Source: an uncultured Pelagibacteraceae bacterium (lineage in GTDB: Bacteria; Pseudomonadota; Alphaproteobacteria; Pelagibacterales; Pelagibacteraceae). From it: 64,000 bases of DNA. Location: assembly GCA_902614905.1 (NCBI GenBank), contig CACMMN010000001.1:32827-96826 (forward strand), in the 5' to 3' direction. Below, piece by piece: positions 33,310 to 42,289 of the stretch. Every line of letters begins with the position of its first letter. Position 1 is the first letter of the stretch. A program made the translations under genes and the position numbers. The notes beneath the pieces are model-generated. The model was given only the letters and a program-made list of their open reading frames with translations, made no database searches and was not told where the DNA came from.

Positions 33310-33332
33310 TCCTATGTCATTTAAGCATAGGA
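33310..33332. promoter_or_regulatory. Inverted repeat TCCTATG-N9-CATAGGA between divergent glnA and ybaK-like genes
   Basis: Perfect 7-bp arms at 33310-33316 and 33326-33332; function unknown. Confidence 0.45.
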
Positions 33333-33377
33333 TTAAACATGAGAAATTACTTTTTTGCAAACAATCAAGGGTTGTAA

Positions 33378-33860
33378 ATGAATTCAATTTTATCTAGTGA
33401 TGCAGTTATAAGAGTTCAAAAGGTTCTTAATGAATTTAACGACAATATTAAAATTATTATTTTGGAAAGCACAGCAAGGACAGCAAAAGATGCTGCTAAT
33501 GCACTTAATTGTGAAATTGGGGCTATAGTTAAAAGTTTACTTTTAAAAGCCGATGATGGATTTATTTTATGTTTGATACCTGGCGATAAGAAATGTTCTT
33601 TAAATAAATTAAAAAAAATTATTTCAAAAAAAGATGTTTGTATGGCTGATGCAGATCAAGTCAAAGAAAACACAGGTTTTAGTATCGGCGGTGTTTCACC
33701 AGTAGGTCATTTAAAAAAAATTGACGTTTTAGTCGATAAAACATTTGATAGATTTAAAGATGTTTTTGCTGCTGCAGGCCATCCAAATAGTATATTTAAA
33801 ATAAGTAATTTAGATCTTTTAAAAATTACTAATGGTAAAACTTTAGATATTTCAGAATGA
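33378..33860 (+). CDS. YbaK/EbsC-family aminoacyl-tRNA deacylase-like protein
   Basis: TAKDAA, IVKSLL, TGFSIGGVSPVG. Confidence 0.9.
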   Translation: MNSILSSDAVIRVQKVLNEFNDNIKIIILESTARTAKDAANALNCEIGAIVKSLLLKADDGFILCLIPGDKKCSLNKLKKIISKKDVCMADADQVKENTGFSIGGVSPVGHLKKIDVLVDKTFDRFKDVFAAAGHPNSIFKISNLDLLKITNGKTLDISE

Positions 33861-34750
33861 GACAACCTAATTTATTTGACTATTCTCTGCTGGTTTTTTT
33901 GGCTGTAATTTGGGCTTCAGCTTTTTTTAATATTAAAATTGCAACAGAGTCTTTTGGACCAATAACTATTGCTTTTATTAGAGTTTTTCTAGGCTCAATT
34001 CCCTTACTTATTTTGTGTAGTATTAAAAATATAAAAATCGAGGCGTTTTCAAAAGACTGGCTTTGGTTTGCATCAATAGGATTTGTAAATCTTGTGTTAC
34101 CATTTTTTTTAATTGCTTATGGAGTTAAACAAGTGCAAAGTAATTTAGCAGCAATATTAATGTCAACTTCACCTTTAACTTCAACGCTGCTAGCTCATGT
34201 ATTCATTAAAAATGAGAAAATAAATTTCTTAAAAATTATTGGTGTTTCCGTTGGTTTTGCAGGCATAGTTTATCTATTTTCCGATGATTTTTTAATTAAT
34301 GAAAACAACATCTTTTCTGCATTTTGTATATTAATGGGGTCCCTCGGCTACGTTATTGGTGGTATTTTAACTCTAAAAATAAGTAAGAAAAGAAACGAGA
34401 ATGTTACAGCGTCCATTTTAATTTGGGCTACAATAATTTTACTGCCAATATGTTTTATTTTAGAAAAACCTTGGAATTATAATCCGTCGATTAATTCACT
34501 TATTTCAATAATTTATTTAGGTTTAATTACAACAGGTTTAGCATGGGTTTTAAGATTTAAAGTTTTAAAGGAAAATGGCTTAGTATTTCAGTCTCAAGTA
34601 GCTTATCTAATTCCTATTTTTGGAGTTGTTTTAGGGTACATTTTTTTAGGTGAAATTATTACAGATAAAGTAATTATAGCTTTAGTCGCAATTATCCTTG
34701 GAATATATCTTGTAAAAAAATCTACTAAAAGAATTCCAATTAAAGTTTAA
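33857..34750 (+). CDS. DMT/EamA-family transporter
   Basis: About 10 TM with EamA pattern (IWASAF, YLIPIFGV..G..FLGE). Confidence 0.9.
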   Translation: MRQPNLFDYSLLVFLAVIWASAFFNIKIATESFGPITIAFIRVFLGSIPLLILCSIKNIKIEAFSKDWLWFASIGFVNLVLPFFLIAYGVKQVQSNLAAILMSTSPLTSTLLAHVFIKNEKINFLKIIGVSVGFAGIVYLFSDDFLINENNIFSAFCILMGSLGYVIGGILTLKISKKRNENVTASILIWATIILLPICFILEKPWNYNPSINSLISIIYLGLITTGLAWVLRFKVLKENGLVFQSQVAYLIPIFGVVLGYIFLGEIITDKVIIALVAIILGIYLVKKSTKRIPIKV

Positions 34751-34815
34751 TTTTAAATTTGATTCAACTTTAGGTTTTTCTGTGGTTTCACGTGAAATTG
34801 ATATAACTTGATTAA

Positions 34816-35670
34816 ATGAAAAATAGTTTATCCTTTGCTTTTATTTTTTTATGGTCATCAGCTTTTGTTACAACTAAACCCATAGTTGATAACAGTGATC
34901 CATTTTCTGCATTAGCTTTTAGATTTCTCATAGTAGCTATTGGTTTTTTGATTTATGCAAAATATAAAAAAATTTCACTAACATTAGAAAAAAAAGAATT
35001 ATCTCATTCAATTTTAAGTGGAGTTTTGTTTCACGGAATTTATTTGGGTGGTGTCTTTTACTCAGTCTCCCTCGGTATCTCAACAGGGATAACTGCTCTC
35101 ATAGTTACAATGCAGCCAATATTAACAAACGCATTAGCTGGACCAATTTTAAATGAAAAAGTTGGTTGGAGACAGTGGGTTGGAGTAATACTTGGATTTA
35201 CCGGGGCAGCAATCGTTCTAGGTTTTGATTTTGGAGAAAGTTTACCATCTGAAGGTATCATAGCATCGTTTATAGCCTTAGCATCTATTACATCTGCAAC
35301 TTTGTTACAAAAGAAATTTGGGGGGAATTCCCCACTACCAGTAAGCAACATGTATCAAGCTGCTGGAGGATGCATGTTTCATATTTTAATAGTTATTTTT
35401 TTTGCTGATGCATTTATTAATTTTAATAAAACTTTTTTAATAGCAATGAGCCATCAAATATTTCTTGTATCCTTTGGAGCTTTTACCATTTTAATGTATT
35501 TGATTAAAAATAATTCAGCGAGTAAAACTGTAACAATCTTTTTTCTAATACCAGCAACAACAGCAATTATTGCTTGGATATTTTTGAATGAACAACTTTC
35601 TAATCTAGATATTTTTGGATTTGTAGTCGCATCTTTTGGTGTTTATTTAGCTACAAGAAAAACTAGTTAA
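34816..35670 (+). CDS. DMT/EamA-family transporter
   Basis: LWSSAF, QPILT, IFLNE; about 10 TM. Confidence 0.9.
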   Translation: MKNSLSFAFIFLWSSAFVTTKPIVDNSDPFSALAFRFLIVAIGFLIYAKYKKISLTLEKKELSHSILSGVLFHGIYLGGVFYSVSLGISTGITALIVTMQPILTNALAGPILNEKVGWRQWVGVILGFTGAAIVLGFDFGESLPSEGIIASFIALASITSATLLQKKFGGNSPLPVSNMYQAAGGCMFHILIVIFFADAFINFNKTFLIAMSHQIFLVSFGAFTILMYLIKNNSASKTVTIFFLIPATTAIIAWIFLNEQLSNLDIFGFVVASFGVYLATRKTS

Positions 35671-35772
35671 AAACTGTGAAGTTAAGCCTAATATTTCTAC
35701 AACTCAAAATTGAAAATAAAATTGCTCATTTACAGAGTGTCCAAAAAGAGTTTTAATTAGAATTATATAAAT

Positions 35773-37473
35773 ATGGCTAAGACTAAAAAGGCTATTAAAA
35801 GACGAGGAAAGAAAACAAAAAAGTCGATTAAAAGAAAGAAAAAAATTAAAAGCGGAACGACAAAGAAACTTTCTAAATCATCAAAAAAAGCTAAGTCGAA
35901 GTCAAAAAAGCGTAAAACAAATGGAGGAAAAATGAGTGCAGAAATGAAATTGTCTTCTGTTCTGGATACATCTCATTTGAAGGTTAAATTTCCGTTTAAA
36001 GCTAAATACGGAAACTACATTAACGGTAAATTTGTAGAGCCTAAATCTGGAAAGTATTTTGACAATACTTCTCCAATTTCAAATGAAAAAATCTGTGCAG
36101 TTGCAAGATCAAATGAAAAAGACGTGGATGCAGCATTAGATGCAGCTCACGCAGCTTTTCCGTCTTGGGGCAAAACTTCAATAACGGAAAGATCTAACAT
36201 GTTACTTAAAGTAGCTGATGCGATTGAGAAAAACTTAAACACATTAGCTGTAGCAGAGTGTTTAGATAATGGTAAGCCAATAAGAGAATGTATGGCTGCA
36301 GACTTACCTTTAGTGATAGACCACTGGAGATATTTTGCAGGTGTAATTAGAGCTGAAGAAGGTTCAATTGCTGAAATTAGCAGCGGTGAATATTCTTACC
36401 ATATACCTGAGCCACTTGGTGTAGTTGGACAAATTATACCTTGGAACTTCCCTTTACTAATGGCAACTTGGAAACTTGCTCCAGCATTAGCAGCTGGTAA
36501 CTGTGTGGTATTAAAACCTGCAGAGCAAACTCCAGCTTCGATCATGGTATTGATGGAACTTATCGGTGATATATTACCTCCAGGTGTAGTTAACATTGTA
36601 AGCGGTTTTGGTTTAGAAGCTGGTAAACCTTTAGCATCTTCTAAAAGAATAAGAAAAGTTGCTTTCACTGGTGAAACAACAACTGGAAGATTGATAATGC
36701 AATACGCATCACAAAACTTAATTCCAATTACATTAGAATTAGGTGGTAAATCTCCTAACATTTATTTTGAAGACGTTATGGATAAAGACGATGACTTCTT
36801 CGACAAATGTCTAGAAGGTTTTGCGATGTTTACATTAAACCAAGGAGAAGTTTGTACTTGTCCAAGTAGAGCTTTAGTACAAGAGTCTATCTATGACAAG
36901 TTCATGGAAAGAGCTGTTGCAAGAACTAAAGCAGTTAAACAAGACAATCCTTTAAAAATGGAAACAATGATTGGTGCGCAAGCTTCATTAGAACAAATGG
37001 AAAAAATCAAATCTTATCTAGATTTAGGTAAGAAAGAAGGTGCCAAAGTTCTATGTGGAGGAAATGTTGCTAAAATCAATAGTGGTTTAGAAAAAGGAAA
37101 CTACATTGAGCCAACTATTTTCGAAGGTAAAAACGACATGAGAATATTCCAAGAAGAAATTTTTGGACCTGTTGTTTCTGTAACTAAATTTAAAGATGAG
37201 AAAGAAGCATTAGAAATTGCTAATGACACTCTTTATGGTTTAGGTGCAGGAGTATGGACTAGAAATGGTAATCGTGCGTTTAGAATGGGTAGAGAAATCC
37301 AAGCTGGTAGAGTTTGGACAAACTGCTATCACGCATATCCAGCTCATGCTGCTTTCGGTGGATACAAACAATCTGGTATCGGAAGAGAAACACATAAAAT
37401 GATGCTTAACCACTACAGACAAGTGAAGAACTTACACGTGTCTTACAGTGAAAAGAAATTAGGCTTCTTTTAA
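35773..37473 (+). CDS. NAD-dependent aldehyde dehydrogenase (AldB/ExaC acetaldehyde type) with a Lys-rich N-terminal extension; alternative start at 35932
   Basis: [39 protein letters not shown]; followed by DUF779 as in exaC/aldB loci. Confidence 0.92.
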   Translation: MAKTKKAIKRRGKKTKKSIKRKKKIKSGTTKKLSKSSKKAKSKSKKRKTNGGKMSAEMKLSSVLDTSHLKVKFPFKAKYGNYINGKFVEPKSGKYFDNTSPISNEKICAVARSNEKDVDAALDAAHAAFPSWGKTSITERSNMLLKVADAIEKNLNTLAVAECLDNGKPIRECMAADLPLVIDHWRYFAGVIRAEEGSIAEISSGEYSYHIPEPLGVVGQIIPWNFPLLMATWKLAPALAAGNCVVLKPAEQTPASIMVLMELIGDILPPGVVNIVSGFGLEAGKPLASSKRIRKVAFTGETTTGRLIMQYASQNLIPITLELGGKSPNIYFEDVMDKDDDFFDKCLEGFAMFTLNQGEVCTCPSRALVQESIYDKFMERAVARTKAVKQDNPLKMETMIGAQASLEQMEKIKSYLDLGKKEGAKVLCGGNVAKINSGLEKGNYIEPTIFEGKNDMRIFQEEIFGPVVSVTKFKDEKEALEIANDTLYGLGAGVWTRNGNRAFRMGREIQAGRVWTNCYHAYPAHAAFGGYKQSGIGRETHKMMLNHYRQVKNLHVSYSEKKLGFF

Positions 37474-37490
37474 ACAATAATTAATATATA

Positions 37491-37516
37491 ATGGCCCGTG
37501 AGGAATCACGGGCCAT
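37491..37516 (+). terminator. GC-rich hairpin ATGGCCCGTGA-GGAA-TCACGGGCCAT followed by ATTTT; intercistronic terminator or stabiliser
   Basis: Perfect 11-bp stem with a GNRA loop, 17 nt after the ALDH stop and 7 nt before the next ATG. Confidence 0.8.
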
Positions 37517-37523
37517 ATTTTAA

Positions 37524-37874
37524 ATGAAAGTTAAAGCAACAGAATCTGCATTAAAACTACTTGAAGATATAAAAGCTCAACACGGTGATGAGCTTTTATT
37601 TCATCAATCAGGCGGATGTTGTGATGGAAGCGCTCCAATGTGCTATCCTAGAAAAGAATATTTAGTAGGTAATAGCGATGTTAAACTTGGAGAAATTGGT
37701 GGTGTTCCTTTTTATATGAATGATGATCAATATGAAAAATGGAAACACACAGATTTAACTATTGATGCTGTTCAAGGTATTGGTGGAATGTTTTCTTTGG
37801 ATAACGGAACAGGTCGCAGATTCCTGACAAAATCAGAAATCTGCTTAGTTGTCGATAACGACAAAAAAAATTAA
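37524..37874 (+). CDS. DUF779 family protein (acetaldehyde dehydrogenase-associated)
   Basis: FHQSGGCCDGSAPMCY, WKHT, GGMFSL. Confidence 0.92.
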   Translation: MKVKATESALKLLEDIKAQHGDELLFHQSGGCCDGSAPMCYPRKEYLVGNSDVKLGEIGGVPFYMNDDQYEKWKHTDLTIDAVQGIGGMFSLDNGTGRRFLTKSEICLVVDNDKKN

Positions 37875-37882
37875 TCAATCTT

Positions 37883-38200
37883 TTATTGTCCTGGGGCTTT
37901 GTAGCCAATTTTACCTGCTTTAGCTGTGGCTTTTGAAAAATCTATAGCTTCAAGCATTGTTAAATTTTTGACAGCGCCTGATCCTTCTACAACAAGTTTT
38001 ATTGCAGCAAAGTCATCAAACGATGTAAGTTCTGCAACAACAACAAAATCATAAGATCCTCTTACAATGTCCATACTATGCATTGTTCCACCCATACTTT
38101 TTGTTAATTGTTCTACTACTGCTTTTCTGTCTGTATTAGGATCTTTTAAAAATCCTTGAAAAGCTTTTTCTGTGTAGTTTCCCATTATATATGCTTTCAT
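37883..38200 (-). CDS. GYD-domain protein
   Basis: GNYT, DR, GG and GSYDFVV pattern; SD AGGAG upstream. Confidence 0.8.
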   Translation of the reverse strand: MKAYIMGNYTEKAFQGFLKDPNTDRKAVVEQLTKSMGGTMHSMDIVRGSYDFVVVAELTSFDDFAAIKLVVEGSGAVKNLTMLEAIDFSKATAKAGKIGYKAPGQ

Positions 38201-38300
38201 ATTGCACTCCTTTTTTTTAAATATAATACGAGTTTAAAGGATTTGTTGATATGATTTATTTGCACACTAGACACTTTAAAAGGTAATGTTAGATTGCAAT

Positions 38301-39743
38301 ATGTACGAAAAATACGGACAATTTACTGATGGTAAATGGCACAAATCCTCTACTGGCGAAACTTACGAAGTAATTAACCCAGCGAATGAAGAAGTTTTAG
38401 GCCAAGCGTCAAAAGCATCACCCGAAGATGTTAACAAAGCATTATTGTCTGCTCAAAAAGGATTAGAAGTTTGGAAAAAAACACCACCGTGGCAACGCGC
38501 TTATATTTTAAGAAGAATTGCTGACAAGATGAGAGAAAAGCAAGACACACTTGCTAAATGGATGACACTTGAAGTTGGAAAACCATTTGCAGAAGCAAAA
38601 GGCGAAGTTAACGGTGCTGCAGATATATACGAATGGAATGCAGAGGAGACAAAAAGAATTTATGGTCAAACAGTTGAAAGCAGATTTGAAGATACAAGAG
38701 TTCATGTTTATTATCAGCCAGTTGGTGTTGTTGCAGCTTTAGTTCCATGGAATTTTCCTTTAGTTCTCTCTGCTAGAAAAATTTCTACAGCCCTTGCAGC
38801 AGGATGCTCTGTGATTGTTAAACCTGATGTAATAACACCAGGTGTTGTAATGGAACAAGTTGAAATTTGTAGAGAGTGTGGAGTGCCTCCCGGAGTTGTT
38901 AATTTATTATCAGGAGACCCACCAAGTATTGCACAACAATTAATCGCTTCAGATATTGTTAAAAAAATATCTATAACAGGTTCATCTAGAGTTGGTAAAT
39001 TAATTCTAAAACAAGCTGCAGATAAAGTTCAAAGAGTAACTATGGAACTAAGCGGACATTCACCTTTTATAGTTTTTGATGATGCTGATATTAAAAAAGC
39101 AGCTGATATGGCAATTGCTGCAAAATTTAGGAACAATGGGCAAGTTTGTATTTCCCCAAACAGATTTTATATACAAGAAAAGAAAAAAGAAGAATTTGTA
39201 AATCTTTTTGTAGAAAAAACTAAAAAATTAAAAATTGGTGATGGTATGGATCCATCAGTTCAACTTGGTCCTTTAACAACTAAAAAAAGATTAAATGAAA
39301 TTGAAGATTTAGTTGAAACTACAAAAAAAGAGGGTGCGAAAGTTTTATTAGGTGGCAAAAGACCAAAAGGATTTAATAAAGGATTTTATTACGAACCAAC
39401 TATTTTTGATGATGTAAAAGATGATTTTACAATTATGAAGGTAGAACCATTTGGTCCTTTAGTGCCTATGTTATCATTTAAAGAATTTGATGAAGTTATT
39501 GAAAGAGCAAACAATCACGAACTTGGATTATCAAGTTATATTTGCACGAATTCGATGGAGAGAGCACACCGTGCATCTGAATTAATGGAGACAGGTACAG
39601 TTGCAGTTAATACACCTTTAGTCGCAATTGCCGAAGCACCATTTGGTGGTATAAAGCAAGCAGGCTACGGAAGAGAAGGTGGGTCAATGGCTATTAAGGA
39701 TTATTTAAATGTTAAATATACTCACTTAGGAATTAAAGGATAA
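38301..39743 (+). CDS. NAD(P)-dependent succinate-semialdehyde dehydrogenase-like ALDH (GabD family)
   Basis: VPWNFP, ITGS, MELSGHSP, KFRNNGQVCISP, EPFGP; start 38301 preferred over 38286. Confidence 0.88.
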   Translation: MYEKYGQFTDGKWHKSSTGETYEVINPANEEVLGQASKASPEDVNKALLSAQKGLEVWKKTPPWQRAYILRRIADKMREKQDTLAKWMTLEVGKPFAEAKGEVNGAADIYEWNAEETKRIYGQTVESRFEDTRVHVYYQPVGVVAALVPWNFPLVLSARKISTALAAGCSVIVKPDVITPGVVMEQVEICRECGVPPGVVNLLSGDPPSIAQQLIASDIVKKISITGSSRVGKLILKQAADKVQRVTMELSGHSPFIVFDDADIKKAADMAIAAKFRNNGQVCISPNRFYIQEKKKEEFVNLFVEKTKKLKIGDGMDPSVQLGPLTTKKRLNEIEDLVETTKKEGAKVLLGGKRPKGFNKGFYYEPTIFDDVKDDFTIMKVEPFGPLVPMLSFKEFDEVIERANNHELGLSSYICTNSMERAHRASELMETGTVAVNTPLVAIAEAPFGGIKQAGYGREGGSMAIKDYLNVKYTHLGIKG

Positions 39744-39745
39744 AA

Positions 39746-39871
39746 ATGAAAACTAAAAAACAAATTAAAAAGGCTGCTAATATTTTATTTTCTTGGAGAA
39801 ATATGATGCCACTTTATTACGGCATCATATGGATTGTCTTGCTATTAATAGTAATTTTTTCACCTTTTTAA
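39746..39871 (+). CDS. Small single-TM hypothetical protein, 41 aa (not in ORF track)
   Basis: MKTKKQIKKAANILFSWRNMMPLYYGIIWIVLLLIVIFSPF; AAGGA SD at 39736-39740; fills the intergenic gap. Confidence 0.55.
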   Translation: MKTKKQIKKAANILFSWRNMMPLYYGIIWIVLLLIVIFSPF

Positions 39872-39886
39872 AATTAAAAATTATCA

Positions 39887-40594
39887 ATGGCACAATTATT
39901 ATTAGCTTTTTTTGCAGGCTTCATAAGTTTTTTGTCACCATGTGTTCTACCACTTATTCCAGGTTATATTTCTTATGTTTCAGGAAGTACTTTAAATGAA
40001 CTATTAGAAAGTAAGCGGGTAAACATTATTCCAACTGTGCTATTTACTATTGGTTTTTCAATAGTGTTTATTGCTTTTGGAGCAACAAGTACTTTAATTG
40101 GTAACTTTGTATTAACTAATTCTTTTGAGCTTAGAATTGTTTCAGGTGCAATTATTATTTTATTCTCCTTACAACTTTTAGGTCTTTTTAATTTTAAATT
40201 TTTAAATATTGAAAAAAGATTTCAGACAGAAAGAAGATCAAATAAATTATACCCTGTTCTAGTTGGAATGGCTTTTGGATTTGGTTGGACACCATGTATT
40301 GGGCCAATTCTTGGATCTATATTGGCCTTAGCGGCATTAGAAAGCACTTTAACTAAAGGAATTTTGCTTTTAACAGCGTACTCCCTAGGTTTAGCAATTC
40401 CATTTATTTTGTCTGGCTTCTTAATTCAAAAGTTCATGTCAGTTTCAAAAAATCTTAAAAATAATATGAAAATTATTTCAAAATCTGGAGGAGTTATCCT
40501 TTTAATTACAGGAATTCTAATAATTACAAACCAATTACAAGCTGTTGGTTATTATTTATTAGAAGCTTTGCCTTTCTTACAAAAGCTTGGTTAA
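39887..40594 (+). CDS. ccdA: Cytochrome c biogenesis protein CcdA (DsbD-beta type)
   Basis: SFLSPCVLPLIP and GWTPCIGPIL. Confidence 0.92.
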   Translation: MAQLLLAFFAGFISFLSPCVLPLIPGYISYVSGSTLNELLESKRVNIIPTVLFTIGFSIVFIAFGATSTLIGNFVLTNSFELRIVSGAIIILFSLQLLGLFNFKFLNIEKRFQTERRSNKLYPVLVGMAFGFGWTPCIGPILGSILALAALESTLTKGILLLTAYSLGLAIPFILSGFLIQKFMSVSKNLKNNMKIISKSGGVILLITGILIITNQLQAVGYYLLEALPFLQKLG

Positions 40595-40621
40595 AATAAT
40601 TTTTTGGTGTAAAATATAGAT

Positions 40622-41641
40622 ATGTCGATAGGTTACTTTTTTAATCAGTCAACAAAATTTCTTTGGTACTCTGCGCATTATATAATTTCTTTTAAATATT
40701 CTACACCAATAAAAATAGATAAAACTAACCCTCCATCATTTTATGGCAAGATGCCATCAGGAAAACAGATGTTTTTTGAGATGATGAAGTTATTAAATGA
40801 GGAAAGAAAATTAATTAATTCAAAATTCTATAAAATACCAAAAACACAATTAAAAGATTTATTAAGTGCAGCAAAAGGTAGTTTTGATTTTTTCCTTGAC
40901 CTTCCCAAGATAGATAAACGAAGAGCATCAGGTAAATTTTCTGAAGTAGAAACAAAGAAAAAAGATTTGCCTAAATATTATTTAAGAAACTTTCATTATC
41001 AAACTGATGGGTATTTAAGTGAAAAATCAGCAAGACTATATGAATTTCAAGTTGAAACACTTTTCACTGGGTGCGCGGCAACTATGAGAAGATTTTCCAT
41101 GATACCACTCATTAATTATTTAAATTCTAATAAAAAAAATATTAAATTATTAGATATTGGAACAGGTACTGGAGAAATTATTGAGAGTTATAAATTAAAT
41201 TTTAAAGATACAGAAATTACGTGTTCAGACTTATCAGAAGAATACTTAAATGTTGCAAAGCAAAAGCTTAAAAAGTTCAAAGATATTAAATATGTAAATT
41301 GCAAAGGGGAAGAATTACCATTTGAGAACGAGTCTTTTGATGTTCTTACATCTACATATATGTTTCATGAAATTCCAACTGAAATTAGGAAGCAGGTATT
41401 TTCTGAAACATCAAGAGTATTAAAAAAGGGTGGTATCTTTGTTTTAACAGACTCTTTACAAATTGATGACAATCCTAAGTTAAATCCACTCTTAGAATTT
41501 TTTCCATATTCTACTCATGAACCTTTTTATCCAAAATACATTAGAGAGGATTTAAAAGAAGTAGCTAAAAATTATGGACTTGAAATGTACTATAACAAAA
41601 ATGCCTATTTAAGTAAGAGCATGGCATTTAGAAAATTATAA
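40622..41641 (+). CDS. Class I SAM-dependent methyltransferase with N-terminal extension
   Basis: PKYYLRNFHYQTDGYLS, YEFQVETLF, LLDIGTGTG, YMFHE. Confidence 0.85.
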   Translation: MSIGYFFNQSTKFLWYSAHYIISFKYSTPIKIDKTNPPSFYGKMPSGKQMFFEMMKLLNEERKLINSKFYKIPKTQLKDLLSAAKGSFDFFLDLPKIDKRRASGKFSEVETKKKDLPKYYLRNFHYQTDGYLSEKSARLYEFQVETLFTGCAATMRRFSMIPLINYLNSNKKNIKLLDIGTGTGEIIESYKLNFKDTEITCSDLSEEYLNVAKQKLKKFKDIKYVNCKGEELPFENESFDVLTSTYMFHEIPTEIRKQVFSETSRVLKKGGIFVLTDSLQIDDNPKLNPLLEFFPYSTHEPFYPKYIREDLKEVAKNYGLEMYYNKNAYLSKSMAFRKL

Positions 41642-41643
41642 AT

Positions 41644-42273
41644 TTATTTCACTACCTCATATAATCCAAGCCAGGCATTCACTTCTTTACTAGCAAGATA
41701 TTGAGATTTAAAAAACTCTAATTTTTTACATTTATTTGTGTCGCACAATTCTTTTAATTTTTTATCAAAACCATATTCTTCATGAATACCTTCATTAATC
41801 GTAAAACATATTAAACCTTTGTTTTTAGTAATTCTTACAAACTCATCTAAAGCTGGGGGTTTAACATGAGCATAAGTAAATGTACCAACACACATCACTG
41901 CATCAAATTTATTATCTTCATGATTTATTTTTTTATTAAGATCAGCTTTCTCTAATAAATGATAAAGACCATTAGGAACTAAATCTAAAAGATTTTGGGA
42001 AAGATCTGCACCATAAAAGTTTTTAAAACCATATTTTTTTAATTCAACCCCAACTAACCCTGTGCCACAACCAGCATCGTAAATTTTGATTTCTTTATCA
42101 TTTGCATATTTATTAAAAACTTCAGATGTCTCTTTTGGACCAGTGTAGTTCCAGTCTGACATATCTTTGTCGTACTTATTTTCTTTACCCCAGTCGTCAT
42201 AAAATTTCATCACATCCTCTGTTTTCTTTAGAGTATGTAATGGAACTTTATTTCCTATATCTTTTTGAGCCAT
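41644..42273 (-). CDS. Class I SAM-dependent methyltransferase
   Basis: YDDW, DAGCGTGLVG, GADLS, CVGTFT. Confidence 0.88.
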   Translation of the reverse strand: MAQKDIGNKVPLHTLKKTEDVMKFYDDWGKENKYDKDMSDWNYTGPKETSEVFNKYANDKEIKIYDAGCGTGLVGVELKKYGFKNFYGADLSQNLLDLVPNGLYHLLEKADLNKKINHEDNKFDAVMCVGTFTYAHVKPPALDEFVRITKNKGLICFTINEGIHEEYGFDKKLKELCDTNKCKKLEFFKSQYLASKEVNAWLGLYEVVK

Positions 42274-42289
42274 TGGATTGATAATTTAA

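Noticed and set aside
39793-39999. 68-aa track ORF
   Set aside because: TTG start, overlaps ccdA out of frame; the 39746-39871 ORF has an SD and fits the gap better
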